This document shows positions 1 to 11,035 of a stretch of 64,000 bases of DNA, one piece after another. This DNA is from an uncultured Roseburia sp. (lineage in GTDB: Bacteria > Bacillota > Clostridia > Lachnospirales > Lachnospiraceae): assembly GCA_900550935.1 (NCBI GenBank), contig URUD01000003.1, positions 8,951 through 72,950 of the forward strand, written 5' to 3'. Made by a program: the position numbers and the translations under genes. Below the pieces are notes generated by a model that was not told the origin of the DNA, did not search any database, and saw nothing but the letters and a program-made list of their open reading frames with translations. Within the stretch, counting starts at the first letter, position 1. Each line of letters begins with the position of its first letter.

Positions 1-529
1 ATGCAAATTCTCCTGACAGTTCTCCCTTTGCATTGACCACCCGGTAGCACGGGATCTGTCCGGGATCCGGATTTTTATGTAGTGCATTGCCGACCGCCCG
101 TGCCATTTTTGCATCTCCGGCAAGGGCTGCAATCTTTCCATAGGTCGCAACCTTTCCTTTTGGAATCTTCTTTACTGCCTCATAGATGCGTTTCGTCGGG
201 CTGTCCGTGACCCGGTCATAGCTTTCTGCTATCATCCGTTTGATATCATCATCCGGAATACTCCCATCCAGAAGGATGGTATTCCAGTGCTCCTTATTCT
301 GATGATAGCCCGGAATGACGGATGTGTATGCGTTTCTCCAGAAATCTCTCCACTCCGGATCCACCTTTACATTCATGCAGATCACTCCGTCTTTTTCATA
401 TACCCATAAAAAAGCTTTTTTGCTTCCCTTTACCCGCACCAGTTCCCAGTTTGGATCATGGAACGGAGCCTCTTTATAAGTATCCGGGAATGATAAGCCA
501 TATTCCAATGCCTCTTTCCTTGTTTTCAT
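1..529 (-). CDS. MmcQ/YjbR-like domain fused to methylated-DNA-protein-cysteine methyltransferase (MGMT) domain; runs off window start
   Basis: Not in ORF track. Hand translation from ATG at 529: MKTRKEALEYGLSFPDTYKEAPFHDPNWELVRV...PGYHQNKEHWNTI (YjbR-like), then VKKIPKGKVATYG...ARAVGNAL...IPCYRVV (MGMT motifs). Confidence 0.85.
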   Translation of the reverse strand, partial: MKTRKEALEYGLSFPDTYKEAPFHDPNWELVRVKGSKKAFLWVYEKDGVICMNVKVDPEWRDFWRNAYTSVIPGYHQNKEHWNTILLDGSIPDDDIKRMIAESYDRVTDSPTKRIYEAVKKIPKGKVATYGKIAALAGDAKMARAVGNALHKNPDPGQIPCYRVVNAKGELSGEFA

Positions 530-561
530 CTTTTTCTTCTCAACCCACTTTCTTAAATCCA

Positions 562-1794
562 TTATCCCTTATTCTGTTCTATCATATTTTCGATAAAAAT
601 ACCATACCCTCTGGTCGGGTCGTTGATAAAAACATGCGTCACTGCCCCTATGATCTTATCATTCTGGATGATCGGACTGCCGCTCATCCCCTGTACGATT
701 CCGCCGGTCAGTTCTAAAAGTTTGGGATCTGTGACACGGAACAGGATGCCTTTGTTCTCTTCGGTGTTGCTGTAGTCCATGCTCTCGATATTGATCTCAT
801 AGGACTGAAGTTCCCCATTTAGTGAGGACAGCACATAAGCAGTTCCGGTATGGATATCCTGCTTGTAGGTCACTTCATAGTTTTTTCCGGTCTGTAACAG
901 GTTCAGATTGCCATTTAAACTTCCGTAGATCCCGATCGGCGTATTTTTTTCGATCGTGCCAAGCCGCGCCAACTCCCGGTACTCGATCACACCGGAAAGT
1001 TCTCCGGGCTTTCCGCTCGCCCCCTTCTTGATCCCGATGATATTGGCATGATAGATCGAACCCCGCTCCAGACTCATCAATGTTCCGGTTTCTCCGTCGC
1101 TGACCGCATGTCCGAGTGCCCCATAATTTCCCGCCTCATCATAATAAGTCAGTGTTCCGACTCCGGCGAGGTCATCCCTGACCCAGATTCCGAGCATATA
1201 TTTTCCCGTGGCACTCATTGCCGGTTTCAGACTGACCTCCATATAAGAATCATTGCGGATGATCCCCAAAATTTCTTTTTTTTCTCCATAAGCGTTGATC
1301 TTTTCTACCAGATCCTCTTTTTCTTCTATTTTTTCTCCATTTATACTAACAATGTAATCGCCTTTTTTTACCCGGTTTTCTGCCGGTTTTACGAGTCCAT
1401 CCGCCCTGCTATCCACTTCGCCCGTTCCAACGATCAGCACCCCCCTGGTCTTTACATAGATTCCAATCGGCATGCCACCCGCATAGACCGACTTCGGTTC
1501 TATCATCACAACCTCAATCTCTTTTACCGGGAAAATACCAAACAGCTTACAGGTCACCATGTAAGAGGGCATCGTTTCTCCGTCTATCCCCTTTATCGTG
1601 TTCTCAAACACTTCCTTGCTCTCTTCGTTTAAGACCATACATACCGGCACATCAAAATCATAGGTCAGTTTTTCTCCCATTTTTACATAGATCTGGTCCG
1701 GTACCGCATTTTGAAATGTTTTTCCGGCGAACAGCACGACCAGAAAAAAGCCCAAAAATGTAAATTGACGTATTAACCTTTGATTTTTTTGCAT
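562..1794 (-). CDS. spoIVB: SpoIVB peptidase (PDZ + S55)
   Basis: LGIWVRDD, GALGH, GIVQGMSGSPIIQ motifs; follows recN; start moved to MQKNQ. Confidence 0.93.
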   Translation of the reverse strand: MQKNQRLIRQFTFLGFFLVVLFAGKTFQNAVPDQIYVKMGEKLTYDFDVPVCMVLNEESKEVFENTIKGIDGETMPSYMVTCKLFGIFPVKEIEVVMIEPKSVYAGGMPIGIYVKTRGVLIVGTGEVDSRADGLVKPAENRVKKGDYIVSINGEKIEEKEDLVEKINAYGEKKEILGIIRNDSYMEVSLKPAMSATGKYMLGIWVRDDLAGVGTLTYYDEAGNYGALGHAVSDGETGTLMSLERGSIYHANIIGIKKGASGKPGELSGVIEYRELARLGTIEKNTPIGIYGSLNGNLNLLQTGKNYEVTYKQDIHTGTAYVLSSLNGELQSYEINIESMDYSNTEENKGILFRVTDPKLLELTGGIVQGMSGSPIIQNDKIIGAVTHVFINDPTRGYGIFIENMIEQNKG

Positions 1795-1990
1795 ACCTGC
1801 CGCCCCCCTGCTTTCTATTATCATCAACGAAAACACACCTTGCACGGTTCTCATTTTTCACTAAAAAAAGAAGATACCATACGGTACCTTCTTTTATTAT
1901 GTTGCATATTCTGTTTTTCAACCTTGTTTTCTGATGTCAGTTCCTTCCAATTTTATTTCTGATAACAGGTCTGCAAGCAAAGCGTGTCAT

Positions 1991-3661
1991 CTATTGTTTT
2001 TTGGAGGCTGCAAGGCGTTTCATCTCTTTCGCGCTTTCCCGCACGGTATCGGTAATCTCTACACCGCCAAGCATACGGGATAATTCCTCTATGATCTCGT
2101 CGTCCCTTAATCTGTGGATGGTCGAGATCGTGCTGTTATCTTTTACTGATTTTTCGATCAGATAATGTGCATCTGCCATCGCTGCGATCTGCGGCAGATG
2201 TGTGATGCAGATGATCTGATGCGTTCTTCCCAGCACATTCATCTTTTCTGATACCATCTGTGCAGTTCTTCCACTGATCCCGCTGTCAATCTCATCAAAG
2301 ATCAGTGTCTCTACGGCATCCTGATCTGCCAGTACAGTCTTGATCGCTAACATGATACGGGACAGTTCTCCGCCGGATGCAACTTTTCCAAGCGGTTTTA
2401 CCGGCTCTCCGGGATTGGTGGAGATCAGAAACTGTGCATCGTCATATCCGTTTGCTGTATAGCCATCCAGACGGTCAAATTTCATTTCAAAGACCACGTC
2501 TAAGAAATTCAGGTCACGCAATGCCCCGGTAACGGAAGCCACCAGTGTTTTGGCATATTTCTGCCGCACAGCAGACACTTTTTTGCAGGCTGTATCCAGC
2601 TGTTTTTTTGCTTCCTCGGTCTGCTGTTTTAGTGAAGCCAGATAGTTGTCATAATCTGCCAGCTGTTCCAGCCGCTTCTTTTTTTGTTCATATAATTCTA
2701 AAACAGCTGTGATGGTCGCGCCATATTTGGATTTCAGATGGTTGACATCATTGAGCCGCTGTTCGATCTGATAAAAGGTCTCCTCGTCAAACTCCGCATC
2801 TTCCATATAATCTGCGATCTCACGGTTAAAATCGTTGAGCAGGTTATCGATCTCCAGTAGCTGCTGCTCTAAGTTTTCAATCTTTTCATCATAGGAAGAA
2901 ACGCTTCCCAGCTCCCGCAACGCACGACCGGTCAGCTCGGATGCCTGATCCATGCCACCGGTACACTGGTATGCCGTGCCGAGTGCCTCCATGATCTTTT
3001 TGCCATTGACAAACCGCTTATAATCTGCCTCTAATTCCTCGTCTTCACCTTCTCTTAAATTTGCCTCCTCGATCTCATGCACTTCAAATTCGAGCAGGGA
3101 AAGTTCTCTGCCTCGTTCTTCTAATCCCACGTCTGCCTCTTTCAATTCCTGCTCTAATTTCCGGTAGGCTTGATAGGCAGATGCCACTTTTTCTTTGAGT
3201 GGTGCAAGCTCCTCTTTGGCATAATCGTCTAAAATCTCCAGATGTTTCTTTTTGGAAAGCAGGGACTGATGTTCATGCTGTCCGTGAATGTCGATCAGAA
3301 CGGATGCGATCTCCTTCATCTTAGATGCCGGTACGCTCTCTCCGTTTACCTTTGCAACACCTCTCGCTGCTGTGATCTTACGGCTTAGTATGACCTGATC
3401 ATCCTCCGGATAGACATCCATTGCGGCAAGCAGTTCCTTTTGCCGCTCATTTACGGAAAAGATCAGTTCCACGAGCGCATTCTGATCTCCATCCCGCAGC
3501 ATTTCTTTTTGTATCTTTTCCCCCAGTGCCAGGTTGATCGAACCAATAATGATTGACTTTCCCGCACCGGTCTCCCCGGAAAGAATGTTCAGCCCCTCGT
3601 CAAAATCCACTTCCGTCTCATCGATCAACGCTAAGTTTTTCACATGTAGATTTTGTAACAT
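1991..3661 (-). CDS. recN: DNA repair protein RecN
   Basis: GETGAGKS Walker A, ASGGELSR signature, LIFDEID, long coiled coil. Confidence 0.97.
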   Translation of the reverse strand: MLQNLHVKNLALIDETEVDFDEGLNILSGETGAGKSIIIGSINLALGEKIQKEMLRDGDQNALVELIFSVNERQKELLAAMDVYPEDDQVILSRKITAARGVAKVNGESVPASKMKEIASVLIDIHGQHEHQSLLSKKKHLEILDDYAKEELAPLKEKVASAYQAYRKLEQELKEADVGLEERGRELSLLEFEVHEIEEANLREGEDEELEADYKRFVNGKKIMEALGTAYQCTGGMDQASELTGRALRELGSVSSYDEKIENLEQQLLEIDNLLNDFNREIADYMEDAEFDEETFYQIEQRLNDVNHLKSKYGATITAVLELYEQKKKRLEQLADYDNYLASLKQQTEEAKKQLDTACKKVSAVRQKYAKTLVASVTGALRDLNFLDVVFEMKFDRLDGYTANGYDDAQFLISTNPGEPVKPLGKVASGGELSRIMLAIKTVLADQDAVETLIFDEIDSGISGRTAQMVSEKMNVLGRTHQIICITHLPQIAAMADAHYLIEKSVKDNSTISTIHRLRDDEIIEELSRMLGGVEITDTVRESAKEMKRLAASKKQ

Positions 3662-3691
3662 ATATTCTCCTTCTACTCTCCCTGTTGCTTT

Positions 3692-4144
3692 CTATTCCTC
3701 TGCAATCTTTCTGAACCGTCCCATCACGCGGATCGCATCCTCGTTGGAACGGATGGCACACATGATCGTATCATCTCCTGCAATACAGCCCAAGATCTCA
3801 TACATGTGCATGGCATCTATGGCTGCTGCCACAGCCATTGCCATTCCGGATACAGTCTTGATGACTAAGATATTCTGCGCCACATCCATGGAAACAAAAC
3901 CGTCGTGAAAGACACGCTTGTACTTTCTTGACATATCCTCCCCGGTCTCCTGCAGGGCAACATATTTCTGTCTTCCGTTGCTCATGGCAACCTTGGTCAG
4001 TTTTAATTCGCGTATGTCTCTCGAAACGGTCGCCTGTGTTACCTGAAATCCTTCTTTTTCCAGGTAATCAGACAGTTCTTCCTGTGTCTCGATATCATTT
4101 TTTTGGATCAGCTCCAGCATCTTTGCCTGTCTTTTGGTCTTCAT
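3692..4144 (-). CDS. argR: Arginine repressor
   Basis: TQATVSRDI HTH, GCIAGDDT motif; between nadK and recN. Confidence 0.96.
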   Translation of the reverse strand: MKTKRQAKMLELIQKNDIETQEELSDYLEKEGFQVTQATVSRDIRELKLTKVAMSNGRQKYVALQETGEDMSRKYKRVFHDGFVSMDVAQNILVIKTVSGMAMAVAAAIDAMHMYEILGCIAGDDTIMCAIRSNEDAIRVMGRFRKIAEE

Positions 4145-4176
4145 ACCTTTTTCACTCTCCATAGCCTGTGCATTGT

Positions 4177-5037
4177 TTATGTGTACGCCTGCATCTTTTT
4201 GCGTAAGATCTCAAGAAAGCTCTCTTTCCTCAGCTTACAGATTTTGGCTGTATCTGTTGCCCGATGTACGATAAAGCGGTCTCCTACTTCTAATTTCACT
4301 GCATTGTTGCCATCAAAACTGACTTCCACCATCTCATCCTTCTGCGAACGTCTTTTCCCGATCTCAACCATCACTTCATCCTCGGCACCGATCACGATAC
4401 TTCTGGAATTTAAGTTGTGCGCATTGATCGGTGTGATCAGAATCATCTGCGCTTTCGGATCTACGATCGGTCCGCCGGCTGACATATTGTATCCGGTCGA
4501 ACCGGTCGGTGTCGACAATATGATCCCATCCGCATGAAATGTATTTAAATACTCACCATTAACATAGACAATCAGATTGACCACTGACAGCGAACCGGTT
4601 CTGTGGATTACGATATCGTTTAATGCAACACTTGCCGCCACTTTGCTCTCTGCCTTGATGCCATAGCCATCTAACATCATGCGCTCTTCTATCATGCAGT
4701 TATCTTCCATCAGAAGATCGACCGCCATAAAGGCATCTTTGCGTTCCAGTTCACAGAGATAACCAAGCGTTCCAAGGTTGATCCCAATTAGCGGCAATCT
4801 GCTCTTTACCAGTGCCGATGCGGCACGGATCAGGGTTCCATCTCCGCCTAATACCAGAACACACTCGGTCTCTTCCGGAATCTCTGACTCCTTTGGGGCA
4901 GCCTTATTTGCTTCCTCTCCATTACTGACAAAGATCAGGGCACTTCCACCTTTTTCTTCGATATAAAGTTTTAGCTTTTTCGTTAATGTAAGTCCCTCAT
5001 CCTTAAAGGAATTGGTGATCAGTAAATAATGTTTCAT
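4177..5037 (-). CDS. nadK: NAD kinase
   Basis: GGDGT, GINLGTLGYL, LND, DGIILSTPTGSTGYNMSAGGP. Confidence 0.96.
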   Translation of the reverse strand: MKHYLLITNSFKDEGLTLTKKLKLYIEEKGGSALIFVSNGEEANKAAPKESEIPEETECVLVLGGDGTLIRAASALVKSRLPLIGINLGTLGYLCELERKDAFMAVDLLMEDNCMIEERMMLDGYGIKAESKVAASVALNDIVIHRTGSLSVVNLIVYVNGEYLNTFHADGIILSTPTGSTGYNMSAGGPIVDPKAQMILITPINAHNLNSRSIVIGAEDEVMVEIGKRRSQKDEMVEVSFDGNNAVKLEVGDRFIVHRATDTAKICKLRKESFLEILRKKMQAYT

Positions 5038-5039
5038 GC

Positions 5040-5840
5040 CTATTTGTCCAATTCGCCGTGTGCCGCCTCAACCACTGCCTTAACATCTATCTCGGATGCA
5101 CTGCCTGTTTCGGCTTTTTTAATATATACCAGATACTCGATATTTCCCTCCGGTCCCTTGATCGGAGAATATTCCAGATTTAATACCACAAAGCCGATGG
5201 ATACTGCATAATCAATGACCTTGCAGATAACTTCCTCGTGGACGGATTTTTCACGTACCACGCCTTTTTTCCCGACTTTTTCCCTGCCTGCCTCAAACTG
5301 CGGTTTGATCAGACAGACCATCTCGCCGTCGTCCTGCAACAGGTTGCGTGCCGGCTCCAATACTTTCGTAAGGGAGATAAAGGAAACATCCACCGATGCA
5401 AAGTCCAGCCGGTCTGCGATATCTTCCGGTGTGACATAACGGATGTTTGTCTTTTCCATACAAATAACCCGTTCATCCTGGCGCAATTTCCATGCAAACT
5501 GTCCGTATCCGACATCCACTGCATACACCTTTTTTGCTCCGTTTTGCAGCATGCAGTCTGTAAATCCACCGGTGGATGCCCCGATGTCCATACAGATCTT
5601 GTCAGTCAGTTCTATGCCAAAATGTGTCATCGCCTTTTCGAGTTTCAATCCTCCGCGGCTGACATATTTGAGTGTATTTCCCTTGATCTCTATGTTGGCA
5701 TTGACATCAAAAGAAGAACCCGCTTTATCTTCTCTCTGATTTTCTACAAATACATTGCCTTCCATAATCATGGCTTTTGCCTTCTCACGGGAAGGTGCAA
5801 GCCCTCTGTTTACCAGTAAAACATCTAATCTCTCTTTCAA
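5040..5840 (-). CDS. tlyA: TlyA family rRNA 2'-O-methyltransferase
   Basis: S4 domain, YVSRGGLKL, DIGASTGGFTD, DVSFISL, LIKPQFE. Confidence 0.95.
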   Translation of the reverse strand: MKERLDVLLVNRGLAPSREKAKAMIMEGNVFVENQREDKAGSSFDVNANIEIKGNTLKYVSRGGLKLEKAMTHFGIELTDKICMDIGASTGGFTDCMLQNGAKKVYAVDVGYGQFAWKLRQDERVICMEKTNIRYVTPEDIADRLDFASVDVSFISLTKVLEPARNLLQDDGEMVCLIKPQFEAGREKVGKKGVVREKSVHEEVICKVIDYAVSIGFVVLNLEYSPIKGPEGNIEYLVYIKKAETGSASEIDVKAVVEAAHGELDK

Positions 5841-7723
5841 TCAGTTCTGTTCCTTTCTTCTGCCGGTGCGATCCGGGATAAGATCCCTTCTGTCACGGTC
5901 TCGCTGTCGATCCCTACTTCTTTATAGAGGATCGCAACATTTCCATGCTCAATATATTCATCTGGAATTGCAACATTCCAGATATCGATTTCGGCATGAC
6001 ATTCATTGTAAAATGAGGTGACATGCTCTCCAAAGCCACCATATTTTACATTTTCTTCCATTGTTACGATCAGTTTGTGATTGTTCGTGATCTCACGCAG
6101 GGTATCCTCATCCAGCGGTTTTGCAAATCTGGCATTGATCAGACTGCAGGAGTATCCCTGTTCCTTGAGGGAATGTCTGACCTGCTCTGCCACTTTTACC
6201 ATTGAACCGATCGCAAACAATGCAATTTCACTTTCTCTGTATATCCATTCACTTTTTCCTAATGAGATCGGACTGCGATATTCGCGCAAACCGTCGTATG
6301 CCTCTCCTCTCGGATATCTTACCGCAATCGGAGCAGGAAAATCAACTGCATATTTAATCATATCTGACAATTCCCATTTATTTTTTGGTGCCATGATCGT
6401 CATGTTCGGGATATTGGATAAATACGACAGATCAAAAATTCCCTGATGTGTCTCTCCGTCACTTCCCACCAGCCCGGCACGGTCAATCGCAAAAACGACC
6501 GGCAGATTCTGGATGCACACATCATGTAAGATCTGGTCATAGGCACGCTGTAAAAAGGAAGAATATACCGCAAAGATCGGTTTTAATCCTGCCGCCGCAA
6601 GCCCTGCCGCAAAAGTCACCGCATGCTGTTCCGCAATCCCAACATCAAAAAAGCGATCCGGAAACATATTATGAAACCGCTTAAGCCCGGTTCCGTCCGT
6701 CATTGCCGCTGTGATCGCAACAACCTTATCGTCGCGGTCTCCAAGTTTTCGCATCACGGTTGAAAAAATATCGGTATAGTTTGCCTTTACCCGCGGCATC
6801 TTCGGAAGTCCTGTCTCAATGTCAAACGGTTCGGTTCCGTGAAATCTTGCCGGATGCCGCTCCGCTGGCAGATAACCTGCACCTTTATGTGTCAGCACAT
6901 GGATCAGTACCGGTCCATCCACATGGGATGCCTCCCGCATCAGCCTTGTAATGCCTTTGATATCGCTTCCATCGACCGGGCCAAGATAGATGATGCCCAT
7001 CTCTTCAAACAACATTCCCGGAATGAAAAGCTGTTTTATGCCGCTTTTTGTCCTGCGGATTCTCTCTACGACCTTATCCCCATATACCGGAATCTTATTC
7101 AGGGAATTCATTACTCCCAATTTAAGATCCCGGTACACATCTGCGGTCCGAAAACCGGAAAGGTACGTCGACATTCCGCCCACATTTTCTGAGATTGACA
7201 TATTGTTATCGTTTAATATAATGATAAAATTTGACTTCAACTGTGCTGCATTGTTAAGTGCCTCAAACGCCATACCGCCGGTCAGTGCACCATCTCCGAT
7301 GACAGAAACCACTTTATAGTCCTCTCCTGTGATCTCCCTTGCACTGGCAAGTCCAAGTCCCGCTGATATGGAAGTTGAACTGTGTCCTGTCTCAAAACAG
7401 TCACATGGGCTTTCCTTTCTCTTTGGAAAACCGCTCATTCCGCCATATTTGCGCAGTTCATCAAATCCGTCTTTTCGCCCGGTTAAGATCTTGTGCGTGT
7501 ATGACTGATGTCCCACATCCCAGATCAGCTTATCCTTTGGAAAATCCAACGATAAATGAAGTGCTATTGTCAGTTCCACAACACCCAGATTGGATGCAAG
7601 ATGTCCACCGGTTACCGATATCTTTTCTATTAGAAATTCACGGATCTCCGATGCAAGAATTTGCAGTTCTTCCTCTGAAAGCTCCTTGATGTCATTTTCT
7701 TTTTTTATCTTATCTAATACCAT
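5837..7723 (-). CDS. dxs: 1-deoxy-D-xylulose-5-phosphate synthase
   Basis: GGHLASNLG, WDVGHQSY, GDGALTGG, DVGIAEQH, DRAG. Confidence 0.97.
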   Translation of the reverse strand: MVLDKIKKENDIKELSEEELQILASEIREFLIEKISVTGGHLASNLGVVELTIALHLSLDFPKDKLIWDVGHQSYTHKILTGRKDGFDELRKYGGMSGFPKRKESPCDCFETGHSSTSISAGLGLASAREITGEDYKVVSVIGDGALTGGMAFEALNNAAQLKSNFIIILNDNNMSISENVGGMSTYLSGFRTADVYRDLKLGVMNSLNKIPVYGDKVVERIRRTKSGIKQLFIPGMLFEEMGIIYLGPVDGSDIKGITRLMREASHVDGPVLIHVLTHKGAGYLPAERHPARFHGTEPFDIETGLPKMPRVKANYTDIFSTVMRKLGDRDDKVVAITAAMTDGTGLKRFHNMFPDRFFDVGIAEQHAVTFAAGLAAAGLKPIFAVYSSFLQRAYDQILHDVCIQNLPVVFAIDRAGLVGSDGETHQGIFDLSYLSNIPNMTIMAPKNKWELSDMIKYAVDFPAPIAVRYPRGEAYDGLREYRSPISLGKSEWIYRESEIALFAIGSMVKVAEQVRHSLKEQGYSCSLINARFAKPLDEDTLREITNNHKLIVTMEENVKYGGFGEHVTSFYNECHAEIDIWNVAIPDEYIEHGNVAILYKEVGIDSETVTEGILSRIAPAEERNRTD

Positions 7724-7753
7724 ACAGAGTACCTCTGTTTCCTCGATTGATTA

Positions 7754-8644
7754 TTACTTATCCCGCGCGATCAGATACGAAAGCAGCTCTGTTAAGAATT
7801 CATTTTTTCCGCTGAGGCTTTCCACCAGTTTGATTGCTTCAGTTGACAATGCTTTCACATCATCCTTTGCTTTTTCGATGCCCTCATAGGTAACATAGGT
7901 TACCTTATGATTCTTCTCATCGCTTCCAATCGGTTTTCCCAATACTTCCATCGTACTTGTCACATCTAAGATATCATCCTGTATCTGAAATGCAAGGCCG
8001 ACTTTTCCTGCCGCCTGCTCAATGATCTTTTGTTCTTCCTCCGTGGCATCTGCCAAAACAGCCCCGATCAGCATAGAACTCTCGATCAGTGCACTAGTCT
8101 TTAACCGGTATATAAAGTCCAGCCTGTCCTTGGTCATATCTGTCGTATTTTCCGATTCGACATCTACCACCTGGCCGCCGACCATGCCATAGATCCCTGC
8201 CTTTTTTGCCAGAATCTGCATTGCTCTTCCGATTGCCGGATTGGCAGGATCCAGATCAAATGCCTGCGTTGCTGTCTCAAATGCCAGATTCAAAAGTGCA
8301 TCACCTGCCAAAATCCCCATTGCCTCGCCATAGACTTTCCAGGTAGTCTCCTTGCCACGGCGGTATTCGTCGTTGTCCATTGCAGGCAGATCATCATGTA
8401 CCAGAGAGTAGGTGTGGATCATTTCGATCGCAGCCATAAATGGCTCGATCACGCGTTCCGCTCCACCAAACATCCGGTAAGTCTCCTGCATGAGCATTGG
8501 TCTTAAACGTTTTCCCCCTGCCAGTACACTATAATTTACTGCTTTTAAAATCGTCTGCTGGTAGCCCTCTTCTTTTGGCAGATAACCACCTATGATATGT
8601 TCGATCTGTTCTATTCTCTTCTGATATTCTGCCTGAAACTCCAT
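7754..8644 (-). CDS. ispA: Farnesyl/geranylgeranyl diphosphate synthase
   Basis: GGKRLRP, HDDLPAMDND, FQIQDD; located between xseB and dxs. Confidence 0.92.
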   Translation of the reverse strand: MEFQAEYQKRIEQIEHIIGGYLPKEEGYQQTILKAVNYSVLAGGKRLRPMLMQETYRMFGGAERVIEPFMAAIEMIHTYSLVHDDLPAMDNDEYRRGKETTWKVYGEAMGILAGDALLNLAFETATQAFDLDPANPAIGRAMQILAKKAGIYGMVGGQVVDVESENTTDMTKDRLDFIYRLKTSALIESSMLIGAVLADATEEEQKIIEQAAGKVGLAFQIQDDILDVTSTMEVLGKPIGSDEKNHKVTYVTYEGIEKAKDDVKALSTEAIKLVESLSGKNEFLTELLSYLIARDK

Positions 8645-8668
8645 ACAAATACTTCCTCCACACTCTGT

Positions 8669-8875
8669 TTAGAACGCTTCCAGTTCGCCTTCCTGATTTA
8701 ATACCTGCATCTTCTTTTCGACTTCATCCAGCATCTGGTTACACTCTTTTAAGATCTGTACGCCATTCTGATACAATGCGAATGAGTCTTCCAGTGCGAT
8801 CTCGGGCTGTTCCATTTTTGCTATGATCTCTTCTATCTTAGAAAAATTATCTTCTAACGTTACTGTCTTTTTCAT
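8669..8875 (-). CDS. xseB: Exodeoxyribonuclease VII small subunit
   Basis: IEEIIAKME..LEDSFALYQNG pattern; overlaps xseA. Confidence 0.92.
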   Translation of the reverse strand: MKKTVTLEDNFSKIEEIIAKMEQPEIALEDSFALYQNGVQILKECNQMLDEVEKKMQVLNQEGELEAF

Positions 8876-10085
8876 TGATTCCTTCCTCACAGTGCACTTC
8901 TGTCACCTCTGCCTGAAGCGTTCCATGCAAAAGATGAATGGACAGCTTCTCTCCTACCGCAGTCTGTGCCGCATCCGTCAACGCCACGCCATTCTGATCT
9001 GCCACATAGGAATATCCCTGACTCAGTTTCTTAGTCGGAGACAATCCATCCAGCTGCCCTGCAAGCAGTGCCAGTTTATGATGCCGCATCAAAATCTGCT
9101 GCTCCATCCTGCCTTTTAATTTTTCCTCTAAGTCCACTGCATAGTTACGATTCTCACGCAATTTTGCTGCCGGACTGACCAGTTTTAAACGAGCCTTATA
9201 ATTAGCTATCCTCATCTGTGTCTCATTTTTTTTCGCATTCATCCGGGTATCCAGCCGGTTCTGCCAGATGCGCATCTGCTCTTTTGCCGCATAATGATCA
9301 AATACTGCCAGTTCTGCTGCCGCAGATGGAGTCGGTGCCCGAAGATCTGCCACATAATCTGCGATTGTCGTATCGGTTTCATGTCCCACCGCAGAAATTA
9401 CAGGTGTCCGACATTCAAAAATAGCGCGTGCCACTTCCTCTTCGTTAAACGCCCACAGATCTTCCATAGAACCACCGCCTCTGCCGACGATGATCACATC
9501 CACTCCATAGGAATCAAGTGCACGGATCCCATTGATGATACTCGGCACTGCACCCTCGCCCTGCACTAACGCAGGGTATAAAATAAGCTGCACATAAGGG
9601 TTTCTCCTTGCAGAGATATTGCGGATATCCTGTATTGCAGCCCCGGTAGGTGCTGTTACCACCCCGATTGTCCTCGCATACTTTGGAATGGGTTGTTTGT
9701 ATTCTTCTGCAAACATGCCCATCTCTTCTAATTCCCGTTTTATCGCTTCATATCTCTGATAGAGATTTCCCGTACCATCTAACACGATCTCTTTTGCATA
9801 GAGCTGATATTTTCCATCTCTTTCATATACTTCTACCGAACCGGTCACGACTACATCATCTCCAACCTGCATTGGAAAAGAAAGCCCCTTGCGGTTTCCT
9901 GCGAACATGACTGCCTGGATTACTCCGGTCTTGTCCTTTAATGTAAAATAAATGTGCCCGGAATCGTGGTATTTACAGTTGGAAACCTCTCCGCGGATGC
10001 TGATGTACGGCAGCATGAAATCCTGTGCAAACATATTTTTGATATATGTATTGACCTGTCCTACGGAATATATATTTTTTTTCAT
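8847..10085 (-). CDS. xseA: Exodeoxyribonuclease VII large subunit
   Basis: [45 protein letters not shown]. Confidence 0.97.
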   Translation of the reverse strand: MKKNIYSVGQVNTYIKNMFAQDFMLPYISIRGEVSNCKYHDSGHIYFTLKDKTGVIQAVMFAGNRKGLSFPMQVGDDVVVTGSVEVYERDGKYQLYAKEIVLDGTGNLYQRYEAIKRELEEMGMFAEEYKQPIPKYARTIGVVTAPTGAAIQDIRNISARRNPYVQLILYPALVQGEGAVPSIINGIRALDSYGVDVIIVGRGGGSMEDLWAFNEEEVARAIFECRTPVISAVGHETDTTIADYVADLRAPTPSAAAELAVFDHYAAKEQMRIWQNRLDTRMNAKKNETQMRIANYKARLKLVSPAAKLRENRNYAVDLEEKLKGRMEQQILMRHHKLALLAGQLDGLSPTKKLSQGYSYVADQNGVALTDAAQTAVGEKLSIHLLHGTLQAEVTEVHCEEGINEKDSNVRR

Positions 10086-10474
10086 ACTAATTTTGCCAGA
10101 ATACCATTGACAAACGCCGGTGAATCATCCGTACCATATTTTTTGGCAAGTTCGACTGCTTCGTTGATCGCTACCTTGACCGGTATGTCTTCGTATTTCA
10201 TCTCATAGACTGCAAGACGGATCAAAGTAAGGTCTACTTTTCCCATTCGTCCTGTCTTCCATCCCTCGGATACTTCATTGACCGACGCATCGATTTCTTC
10301 CATATGTCCGATCATGTTGCGGCATTTCTCTGTTATATAAGCGGTATCCTTCTCACTCCATGTCTCTTCTTCACTTCCGGCAGCTGCGATCTGCTGCAGC
10401 ATATCCTCCATGTCATGAAATTCCACACGGAATAGCATTTTAAACACCTGTTCTCTTTGTTCTCTTCTTGTCAT
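10082..10474 (-). CDS. nusB: Transcription antitermination factor NusB
   Basis: [27 protein letters not shown]. Confidence 0.96.
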   Translation of the reverse strand: MTRREQREQVFKMLFRVEFHDMEDMLQQIAAAGSEEETWSEKDTAYITEKCRNMIGHMEEIDASVNEVSEGWKTGRMGKVDLTLIRLAVYEMKYEDIPVKVAINEAVELAKKYGTDDSPAFVNGILAKLV

Positions 10475-10539
10475 CTCAATCCTTTCTTGGAAAGAAAAAG
10501 GATGTCGCAACGACATCCTCTTTTTCTCTTCCAAAAGCA

Positions 10540-10917
10540 TTATTTATTGTTGCCCATGTCCACACTTGCGATACGGATGTTCACTACGGATACTTCCAAT
10601 CCAGTCATATTTTCAATCGCATTTTTTACTCTGTCCTGCACTTTTGCAGATACCTCAGGAATGGCATAGCCATATGAGATATTCAGTGCAACATCAACTG
10701 TTACCTTATCTTCTGAAACTTCGACCCGGATTCCTTTTGAGAGGTTCTTCATACCGAGCTTACTTACCAGTTCATTTGTAATGTTGCCAGCCATGGAACC
10801 CACACCCTCAACTTCGGTTGCGGCAAGTCCCGCAATGATGGCAACTACTTCATCTGCAATCTTCACTTCTCCTAAATTACCATCCTTTATCTTAAATGAT
10901 TTTCTGTCCTCACCCAT
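10540..10917 (-). CDS. Asp23/Gls24 family protein
   Basis: [24 protein letters not shown]...[24 protein letters not shown] before ATG 10917. Confidence 0.93.
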   Translation of the reverse strand: MGEDRKSFKIKDGNLGEVKIADEVVAIIAGLAATEVEGVGSMAGNITNELVSKLGMKNLSKGIRVEVSEDKVTVDVALNISYGYAIPEVSAKVQDRVKNAIENMTGLEVSVVNIRIASVDMGNNK

Positions 10918-11035
10918 TGCCAAATGCCTCCTAAGTGATATTATGTGACTATTATAACAGACTATTCCCCTTTTGAAAACCAAAAATGTATTAATTTTTA
11001 TTTTAATTTGCCTATGGTTTCTGTGAAACAGGCTT

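Noticed and set aside
322..1632. Many antisense or overlapping ORFs in the track (e.g. 322-717, 1048-1632, also 47264-47917)
   Set aside because: They are shadows of well-supported genes and lack recognisable motifs
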